A stretch of DNA of 63,384 nucleotides, counting the filler, from Lenisia limosa (lineage: Eukaryota; Protista; Breviatea), in assembly GCA_001655205.1 (NCBI GenBank). It is 11 parts of 11 records of this genome, joined end to end, with 100 filler letters (N's around TTAATTAATTAA, not from the genome) between each part and the next. Parts side by side here need not be neighbours in the genome. Positions count along the whole stretch, not along the records: positions 44,136 to 57,592 come from LPNZ01007047.1; positions 57,693 to 61,365 come from LPNZ01005998.1; 9 more parts are not named here. The stretch is one strand, 5' to 3'. Numbering within the stretch: position 1 is the stretch's first letter; every line of letters starts with the position of its first letter. Made by a program: the position numbers and the translations under genes. Shown here one piece after another: positions 48,201 through 57,790 of this stretch. The notes beneath the pieces were generated by a model that saw only the letters and a list, made by a program, of their open reading frames with translations, had not been told where the DNA came from and ran no database searches.

Positions 48201-48418
48201 AAACCTTGGCAAAATCAACTAATCCCGTTTTTCCGGTGTTAAAAACCTGAAATGTGAGTTGGAGGCACTTGGAGGTGACTTCCTACCTGAAACCACTCCT
48301 GCATAAGCTCAAAAACATCCTTCAAGAGTGGGATTTGGAACTCTTTTACTTTAAATCGTTGATGTGCAGAGGAGAAGTCAGGGTCAATCCCATGTAAAGA
48401 TTCACTGAAAACATCCAT
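45286..48418 (-). CDS. SNAPC1: snRNA-activating protein complex subunit 1 (SNAP43) homolog
   Basis: LKDVFELMQEWFQ|VFNTGKTGLVDFAKVFERRRF, AYAQRLGVLYALYMLFITQPPTHPPFAIRV (human TFQIRVGALYLLYGLYNTQ..KIRV) and QQQFDPSAVLASLIEAGAFFI (AQHFDAAYIFRKLRLDRAFHF). Long low-complexity C-terminus with NLS-like PKKKRKRR. Confidence 0.8.
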
Positions 48419-48802
48419 ACGAGTACGACCGTTCTTTTCACAGAAATATATTTATAACGCTACTATACATCTATTTAAAGAAAAAGAACAACAAAAACCC
48501 ACACTGCACATTCTTTTTCGATTTTTGCTAAAGTAATCAAAAGTATTCATATTTGAATTTTGTGAATTCCTTTTGCCTCATTTTTGACGTAACGTGTCTG
48601 GAATCACCCCTTAATTCTTCTTTTGAATCTGAAATAAGGATTAGATCATAACAAACTGGTTTTAAAGTAAGTTTTACTTATGTTCTAAACGTTCAACAAT
48701 CCTCTCCTACAGCTAATCAACACCATAGTACTAAATAAATATTATTCGTGAAGTTGCAGGTGTTCTCATAGACTCCACCGTCACGATCCCAGGAAAAGAA
48801 CA

Positions 48803-51800
48803 ATGAACTCTTCGCTCCAACGTTTGCCAAAAGAGAAGGACTCTTCGTTTCATGATCAGTTTAACCGGCCACAAAGCAGGGAGGACCCAACTTTTGTTAC
48901 ACAGGTGGGTGTTCAGGTTGAACCGTTACTCTAACGGAGTTCGTTTCTTCTTAATTGAAAATATAGTCGGTGTTACCATTTGACGTTGTTTTAGTGTATT
49001 AATTTTCGTGTGGTGATGGGAGCACATGTTAAGTTTTCATCTGTAATCACATGCACTTTGGGATTACAGAGTGAACAAAGCCCTCACCCCTCAGACGGGA
49101 GCTGCGTGGGGCTCTCGGCCCACAACGGCAGGGTCAACTGCAACATGGGGAACCTCAGATACTCAGGTGGGAGGAGGGGGGCTTCCCGCCATGCAAAGAC
49201 TTCTATTTCGTAGTTTTGTAAAAGGCAGAAAGCAGAACTCTTGTAATATATAAAATGGTTAGTTGAAGGACATTCTCTCATTGGAATTTGTAGATGCACA
49301 ATAAAGGTTTTTCCATTCCTTTGCCCTTCCTTTGCTCATTTTTTTCCACATACCCTTCCCTGATATCCACCCCCTAGGATGCTGAGTTGAGGCAACAGTT
49401 GACTGATCTGCAGTCACAACTCCAGAACATTGCGTCTGATCAGGTGTGAGGGTTATAACCTTGCCTCTCCCCTTGCGCCCTCTCACAACTCCATTATCAT
49501 AATCCTTCATTTGCATTCCTTGATAAGACTGTCGTATTTTACTCATAACTTGCTACACTTGAAAGGCTTCGATATTGCGCTTTACAACAACAGTGGTATT
49601 GTACATTTTTAAACAGTTTACACAGGATTAGATAGTACTGCAATAGTATACCTGTAATATCCGGCTCGAATGGATCTATGATCTTATACAATGTTCTAGT
49701 TAGTATGGTCGCTATACACTTTCTTATGGCTTTAGGATCGGCGACGTGATGAATTGGAACAGTACATTGACGACTTACAGGTTAGTGGGGTAACAGAAAT
49801 TTTCTTTCATATTCCTCACTCGTATCACGTTTACCCTAATAATACGTCGTTACGACCACGCTTGTGTCCATTGTACTTACCCTTAGATTACCCAAACAGA
49901 GGAGGGGGATCCTTTGGTAGATTTCCCCAGTAACTACAACGACATCATTGCCCAGTTAAGTTCAGACCGGGTATGTGCAAATGTACTGAATGTATTTTAT
50001 CTTGGGTTTCACTTAGGTCCTGGAAAATATAGGAGATGTTTTTTTGTTAAAGGTTGTTTTGGTACAATTGTCCCTCTTTCCAATGCATCTCCCACTTACA
50101 AAAGTTGCTCACCCCCCCCCCCCCNNNNNNNNNNNNNNNNNNNNNNNNNNNNNNNNNNNNNNNNNNNNNNNNNNNNNNNNNNNNNNNNNCCTGATGGTGA
50201 GCATGGAAATGAGGAACGTCATCTATATTGACATTTAAGTAACCATCTCATCTTCTTCTATTCCATGTTAAACATTTTTTATCATGTTTTTCTAACACAC
50301 AGATGATGAAGTGGACCCTCGAATTGCTGAAGGATTGGAACAAATCAGGAAGCATGACAGGATATTGGCCAAAAAAGTCAAGGTGCGATATTTTAAAGAC
50401 AGCATATTTGACATTTAATAATAAGTTTCTTTCTGGGGGAAGGGGGTATTACAGATGATATACAAGTTGCAAGAATGGTGAGGGTCAAGCAATTCCCAGA
50501 GATGTATTCAAGATTAAAAATTTATGTCAACACTTCTCTTACTAACCATAGCTTTACTTCTTTTCTACAACTTGACCATTACAGCGTACACGCGAAGTGC
50601 GTAAGCAGCTGCACGACCTCCAGGCCCAGGCCCGGGAGGAGGAAGGTCTTGCCCACCCTGACTTGGCACCACCTGATATTGATGAAGTCAAAACCAAGAA
50701 GCGTGAGGGGGAATCTATCCACACCAAAGGATGTACTCCCATCAAACTGCAACTTTTAAAGACGCTTCTTGATGGATTTCGACTCTTTGAAGATACAAGA
50801 AGGGGCGGTCAATGAACAAGATTCTTACTTATCCAGCATCGTCAACTCCAAAGTCTACAAAAACAAAGGCCACATCATCATCCACCTCAAGTATGACATC
50901 TTATTGTGAATTATTACTACTCTAATTCTAAGGCAAGCCAAAAGATGGAGTGAATCGATAATACTATCTTCCATTATCTCTCATAAGCGTAATGGTGTGG
51001 ACGGCTTCGGATACAACCCATTTTTTTTTTCGTGTGTTTTTTTTTTTACTATTTCTAAATATATTAAGATTCATGTGCTTTGTAACTGCCTTATTGCTCA
51101 CCCATACCTATTTTTCCCTTTAGAATCACGTTATGACTTTGTGAACCGCAACATTGAACTGGCACCTTCAGGCCAGGATGGAAAGTGGGCTGAGTGAAAA
51201 AAACAACACGTTGAGCAGGTAAATGTCTTTTGAAGTTCCGTGTCGAATTCTTCCAATCATATAATATTTTTCCTTTTTAAAATATTGATATTTTGATAAG
51301 CCTCATAGTCTCACTTTCATGTCCATAGGTTCTTCTCAAAGCTGCTGCCGGAAGAGGAGGAGAGAATTGATGCCATTATGGAGGGAGGGGCATCCATGGA
51401 GGTGAGTGGAGCTTGAAAAATAATAAAATTAAAGACCAAATGAGATAACACTGTTTACCATTCTGTTAATTATCACATCCTCTCCATCTTGAAGTGCTTC
51501 AGATGACACAAATGATATTATCTTACAGAGAAGTTTATCTAGGAAGTTGTGTCGTCTTAGCCGCGTTTCACCATCACCGTATCACCATCATCCATCACGC
51601 TTTATGAGTTTTTTTATCTCCACATTGTTAATTTTTGACCATCATAATTTCAGGCCCAAAGCGTACTACAAGAGAACTACGCCGCTCCTGAAGATGCCGG
51701 CATGTTGGCTTCAATTGAGCGGTGGGCGGTGTTTGTCAGGAATTCACATGTGGGGTAATATTTATCTAAATTGTAGTGGTATCTGATTGTGCAAGTATTA

Positions 51801-52662
51801 TTCGTTCTTCAAGATTTTATTACATAGAAAATTGCAAGATATGCGACCCATGGAGACTGAGGGAGAAGTAAGCCTCGCACTCATACATTACAAGTCTCTT
51901 CTTATTCCCTACTTTCAATTGGGACTCCCACATTAATGTGTTTACTGTTTTAGGTGGTGGTTTTGGACTCACAACGATCAATCAAAACCATGTTTTCAGG
52001 TCTGGTATCTCTCAAATAGGGTTGATCAACGGCTCCAGCTGAATTTCTCTTAACATAATAATAACCGATTTTCAAATTCCATAGCACTTGGTATGATATA
52101 TTTTGTAATATACACTTTGACAGCATTGCAGAGGGCCGACTCTCGACAGCTGAATTGGACGAAATGGCGTCACAGGGGCTTGTGGGGGAGAAAATGGTAT
52201 GGGGGGAGGTTTGTTGTGTGGTTTTCCCTATCCCTTCATTATTCTTATTCGATTAGGGTAAATCAAGACTACGAATGATCAACGCTGAGCTAGACTTCAT
52301 GGGCGAAAACCCTGTGGCAAGTGAGGAACGCAGTATTCGTGTGGGCTGGGCTGGTTATATGCTATATTTTCCTTGTATTTTTTTGTATTTAGTCTCTAAT
52401 ACAACTCAACTGTATGTATCATATGTACTTTATCTCTCCTTTGTTTAAAAGGGCTTCACCTTGTTGTATAGGAGGTAGAATTGATATTTATTGGGAGGAA
52501 GATGTGAAACCCTAATTACTTTATGTTCAGTATCTTTTATCAACCACGTGTTTTGAAGCTCAAAAAATATGCAATCCAAACTCTGTTCACACCTTGTAGC
52601 CGCTTTCTAAAGAAGAAATAGCCGCCTTGATAGCCGAAGCTGAGTCTGAGGAGCAAATGTAA
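48803..52662 (+). CDS. FSIP1: FSIP1-like (fibrous sheath-interacting protein 1) coiled-coil protein; start tentative
   Basis: DPRIAEGLEQIRKHDRILAKK, YDFVNRNIELA, LLPEEEERIDAIM, NYAAPEDAGMLASIERKL, KSRLRMINAEL and PLSKEEIAALIAEA* occur in the same order as the FSIP1 blocks as recalled (DPQLxxAIxKMxxLDKILAK, DFIKRNIELA, EKKRLxELL, QLAEIDxKL, LSxxQLxxLL). Confidence 0.68.
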
Positions 52663-53316
52663 TGCATTTAGTGAAAGTGATCTTTATTTATTGATGCATG
52701 GTTGATTTAGAAATCAAAAAGGTCTGTGGCCATTTCCCTATTTTTATCAAATTTGTATTTTGAAATATAAGATTTGTCCAAAACTAAGGAGTATACTCCC
52801 AATTATCCATAGGAAGGATAGGGGAAACATTCCGTCATGCTGCGTAAGCCAGACAAAAACTGATGCCAACCAATAGTCATAATGAGAACTAATAGTCAAC
52901 TTTAGTCAATTGCTGAATTTGGAACGTGATGTTTGTAAAAATGGAAACTAATTCTAATGTGTACGAGGATTCGACCCACTCCCCAATTCCATATGAAGGA
53001 TAGGGGAAACATCCCTCATACAGCTGCGTAATCGCCATACATAAAGAAGAAAGTTGAGTCAAATGAGGTAAAAGGGGTTAGAAGAATTAGGATTGCCTTT
53101 GTTTGTTTGTTGTGAAAATTTCTTCGGTAATGATATGTATATAGCGATATCATTAATATTTATTTGTAATATATTATGTACTATATGTAAATATAGTGTG
53201 TCAGAGGAGTATTCCAAACTATCAGTTCCAAATTTAATGTCAAATATGTTATTTGAATTAAGGTAAACAGTACAAATGACATGTTTTTGGTACACTACAG
53301 TAGAGCATTACTTGAC

Positions 53317-55879
53317 CCACACCTCAACAAGGAAAGGTGTGGACGTGCTCTGGTACTTCCAGTTGTAGGTCCCATCACGGATGACAGCGTTGCCATCCCA
53401 AAGACTGGAATCTTGCCCTGAATGTTCAAACAGAGATTGAATAAACGTCAAATACCGATGAAGTAGTTTGAAAGAAAATAACGAAATCGCAATTGAAAGT
53501 CCAACGCAAATGCCTGCTCCTCAACTTACCGAATTGCATCCAACAGAACGACATTTCTTTGTAAGTACACGGGCCTGACGCAAATGTGACGCTAACTAGG
53601 TCGTAGTATTGATAGTATATATTACTGGAGGTGCTGATGGGGTGAGTTGCTTGAAAGGCAAATCATCAATGATGTTGAAATTCTCTTACTGCATACGCGT
53701 GTGCAAGCTGTAGTTTATCTGCGTGTGAACCTGAGCCACCAGCAAGGTAGATAGTAGGCTAAATTCGGTGTGACAAAATATACATTGTCTATCCAAAGGA
53801 GCCAGATACAAACGGTTTGAATTTGATTCACATCTTCTGAAAACACTGATTATCAAGATAAGTACAGAAACAAAATGACTCTCCTGTCTCAAAAAACTCA
53901 CGGTCAGTGTAAAGTAATCCTATAATATTAGAGTTAAAGTCACCAGCTACTCGATAGAATGCATGTCAGGCGAAATTTACTCAGGCCACTTATCGTGGAA
54001 ACGGGATGCTGATCTAAACATACCAAAGATGTATCGTTAAGATAGGAGGCAAACGAGTAGTTCGGCATAACGTCACTCGTTCCTGTGTATTTCTGAACAC
54101 CTGCAATGATCAGTACACCGAACGAGAAACAGTGAGGAAATTATTCCCAGAATATCACACCATTTAAGTGGACTCTTGACGTGGTGAAATTGGTCATGTA
54201 GAAGGCATCCGTAATATCTAGGCTACCTAAACACATTAGGGTGGAGGTAAGAGTGTTGGAAGCGATGAACTTCAAAGTACTCAAAATGGTCCAATGCCTG
54301 ATGCATGTACCATTTCATTCTTTTGTGAACGACTACCCACTCCCACCACCAGTGCTGCCGTAATGAGTGTTTGTGACCCAGAAAGATGACGATGTTGATG
54401 GGCTCACTGCTGCGTCTAACGCGAACACTCTGAGGCAGAATTATTCATAATACTGAGCCTTATACTCCATAGGCACAAATGGCGCTATATGACAGTCAGT
54501 ACTAACATTTTTAACGCAAAACACCAAGAACAACACGTCCAATTAAACCCATCAGTACCTTGTCCAATTAAAGCCCATCAGTACCTTGTCCATGGGCCAT
54601 CAGCGCTCGCAAAGTCGCAGTAGAACAACAATCTCCTGAGTTTACCATCCTGAAGCAGTCACTCCAAAATCCGCAAATTCTGATAAAACTATAAACAAAG
54701 GGTTCCAACTGTTTTCTTCCTACCCCCTCTACTCCTTGAAACAACCAATACTCCATACAACCCACCTCAATAAAGCAGGTTTTCAAGACGCTGATAATAC
54801 CAGTGTTTTCGAAGTCTTTGCACGAATAGTACTCCTGGGGGCCTACATGGAATCAGAGCTGGCTTCACGCCGGTTCCAAATTAGGGTTATATTTTTGCTA
54901 AATGCCAATAAATTGTGATATTCAGAGATTGTTTGAGCTTAGGGTATCAACTTTTGAATTAGCAGAAACCCTTTGATCATTAACAATTCAGTAACACAGA
55001 GGCCCCTTCAGACCTTCGGCAAAATAGTCACAGTTTTTCTGAAGCATATGAAAAAATAAAACATGTTAGTTACAAAGAAAAGCACTAAAAGTTGAAGATG
55101 CCAAAGTACATTTTATGTATTGAATAATGCTCAATCATGATATGGTATTTCCAAGCATTAACAAACTATAATATCCCTCAACTCCAGTTGGGTGCCTTGG
55201 ATTTCTAATACCTGGAGTGTGAAACAAAGAAATGTGTGTACCGAGCGAACAAAGGGTAAACAGCCTTAGCCTTACATGCAGTCATGTTTATCAGGTACTA
55301 TCACTACAGACAAAAAAGGGCAGTAAGGGTAGCACATTGATATACTAACATTTGTTTTCAGGTGATTGACAGAGATTTCTGAGGCTGAGAGCCGGTCTAC
55401 GCTGTAACAATTAATCTGTATTCTTCATAAAAAAGTGAGTAAAAATCTGAATCGAAGCAGTCGGCGTCATTTCTATGTATAAGTGATCAACGTCTTGGGT
55501 AGGAGCTTGAATTATATCAAACAACCGTTGATTGCAATGTTCTGACTCTAAACCCCGAATGAATTCTCACGCAAGGCGCTTTTCACGTTTATTAGACAAT
55601 AATAATTCTCCCGTTTATAGACAATATTAATTCTTCCAACCGTCAGTCACCAGCCCATCCATCCACTCACTTCAAAACACCTATGGGGCCCAAACTTAAA
55701 CTAAAGAGGTTATATATAATTCGTGGCATTGCTGTTATCATAGGGAGGGGTGAGGTGAAAAGACAGCTTTAAACAATCAATCATAAGGATGGCCTGTCAA
55801 TCATAAGCAACACCAATTCTCACAATGCCACTGCAGGGGTGGTGAGGGCCATGGCCAAGAGCAAGATGAACGCAATCAT
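53317..55879 (-). CDS. Secreted protein with a fibrinogen-related (FReD/NEC-like) N-terminal motif; 3' end unresolved
   Basis: Signal peptide MIAFILLLAMALTTPAVA (ATG 55879). YYSCKDFENTG..|DGKLRRLLFYCDFASADGPWT|RVFAL matches SCxE..VYCDMxxxGGGWTxV. It continues with aromatic/Thr/Ser-rich exons (GQDSSLWDGNAVIRDGTYNWKY). Confidence 0.58.
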
Positions 55880-56325
55880 GCTGGAGGGGGAGAGGCGGTA
55901 GAGGGGAACCAGTTGTTGTTGTTTGCTTTAGTTTCGTTGTGCGGGGGAGGAGAACGCAACGTTGATAATATCCTCTCCTTCCTATCTTAAGAAATGCCTC
56001 AGAATAATAATAATATGGTTATTATTGGGCGGCTAGGGCAAGAGAGGTGGCAGGGGTTGAAGAATTTTTTTAAGGAACGCGCATGCAGCATGCATGCGTG
56101 GCTGTAATGCCTTCTGTTTCAATCAATCATCTTATCATTCATGTGAAACATAGTGACATATTCAACTTGAGTTCTTCTGGTGTCTTGAATAATAGATTAA
56201 CATAAATATCTAAATTCAAAAATGTACAGCACTATTGGCGCACTCCAACCATGTTCATTATGATCCCTCCTTCCCCTTTGGAATAAGAAACCTCTATTAG
56301 ACCACCATGATAACCTGAAACAACG

Positions 56326-57592
56326 TTATTTCCTGAGGCGCTTGGCACTTTCCTTCATAGCACGGCCCTTTTTGCGGTTCTTGTTCTTCACATTGGCTTC
56401 CTAAAGCAGTCAGCTGCTGGGGAGCCAAAAATCAAAACAGTAGTTTTGTATAATATTGCTGCTGTCCGTCCATAATCGCCATAACCCCACATCATAGTAG
56501 TTCTTTGCCTTGGCCTTGGAAGTAGTCATGCGTGCGATCTAAGAAGGTCAACTGTGACTGGTCTATATGAAAGGAGAGAAACAACAGCAAAGAAAATAAC
56601 AGGAACCAAAAGGGATTCAAAGCTTCCAAAGACCCTCCCCCCCCCCNNNNNNNNNNNNNNNNNNNNNNNNNNNNNNNNNNNNNNNNNNNNNNNNNNNNNN
56701 NNNNNNNNNNNNNNNNNNNNNNNNNNNNNNNNNNNNNNNNNNNNNNNNNNNNNNNNNNNNNNNNNNNNNNNNNNNNCTTCGGCTTTTGGAGCTGAAATGT
56801 CACGTTCATGATCATATGATGTATCTCTCGCTCCTGCCTGACTCAAAACCACAAATGTGAGCCGAAATGAAAAACCTCGAGCTGTATACATCATCATCAT
56901 TTCAGTCACCCAATCAAATCACATGTCGTAATGAACAAGGTTGGACTATACGTAGCGCCGCTTAACATAAACGGACAAACTCCTGCCACCTTAGAGACCT
57001 TGGACACAGGTTTTGCGGCTTCTTCTGGCTCATCATCCGACTTGTAGTCAATGTCACTCTCAACTTCATCATCGCTGGAGGGGATGGGTGAGAAGAAGGA
57101 GGGGGGGAGTAAAACGAAGGAAATTTCGATGAAGAAATATTGGCGTAAAAACTGGAAAATTTATGAAACAAAAAAACCCAAATCAACTCTGTTGACTGAC
57201 AACACACAAGGGTTGATAACAACANNNNNNNNNNNNNNNNNNNNNNNNNNNNNNNNNNNNNNNNNNNNNNNNNNNNNNNNNNNNNNNNNNNNNNNNNNNN
57301 NNNNNNNNNNNNNNNNNNNNNNNNNNNNNNNNNNNNNNNNNNNNNNNNNNNNNNNNNNNNNNNGGTCTGGTCTCTTCTCCTCCTTCTTCTCCTCCTCTTT
57401 CTTCTGCTTAATGAGAAACGAAGAGAGTGGAAGTTGGGTTGTTTACAAAGAAACATTCAAAAGAAGAATCACCCCATGACCACGCACCTTATCCGAGCCG
57501 AACTCAACAAGAGACTCTCCGACGACATTTGAGAACACGTCATCCCAGTCCACTTCAGCGTTGTCCTCGCCGCCGTCCATCTGTGCCTCGTC
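56326..57592 (-). CDS. GNL2: Nucleolar GTPase GNL2/NOG2, C-terminal exons
   Basis: Acidic tracts (DNAEVDWDDVF, SDDEVESDIDYKSDDE) followed by ..KAKNYYD|EANVKNKNRKK..RLRK*, matching the GNL2 C-terminal motif YYETxNVKNRNR. Confidence 0.72.
57075..57224 (-). repeat. Family D repeat in a GNL2 intron (sense to the minus-strand gene)
   Basis: Reverse complement reads caacccttgtgtgttgtcagtcaacagagttgatttggg..cataaattttccagttttacgccaatatttcttcatcgaaatttccttcgttttactcccccc..ctccAG. Confidence 0.9.
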
Positions 57593-57692
57593 NNNNNNNN
57601 NNNNNNNNNNNNNNNNNNNNNNNNNNNNNNNNNNNNTTAATTAATTAANNNNNNNNNNNNNNNNNNNNNNNNNNNNNNNNNNNNNNNNNNNN

Positions 57693-57790
57693 CTGGCCTT
57701 GGCTTAGTTTTGTTGTTATCAACCCTCGTGTGTTGTCAGCCAACAGAGAAAATTAAATTTAAAACTTTCCAATTTTACCCCCTCCCCCAG
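57693..57790 (+). repeat. Family D repeat ending at the acceptor AG
   Basis: ctggccttggcttag..caaccctcgtgtgttgtcagccaacagag..ttccaattttacccctcccccAG. Confidence 0.88.

Noticed and set aside
51124-51400. Apparent frameshift or premature TGA in the FSIP1-like gene (possible pseudogene or 10-nt GC-AG micro-intron)
   Set aside because: A canonical phase-2 donor (AA|GTGGGC, about 51185) joins in frame to FFSKLLPEEEE. The similar anomaly at 50700-50800 also has a canonical GT-AG solution.
23850-56328. Alternative genetic code
   Set aside because: TAG (SBDS), TGA (33943) and TAA (GNL2, FSIP1) all end genes at the expected positions, and conserved exons have no in-frame stops.
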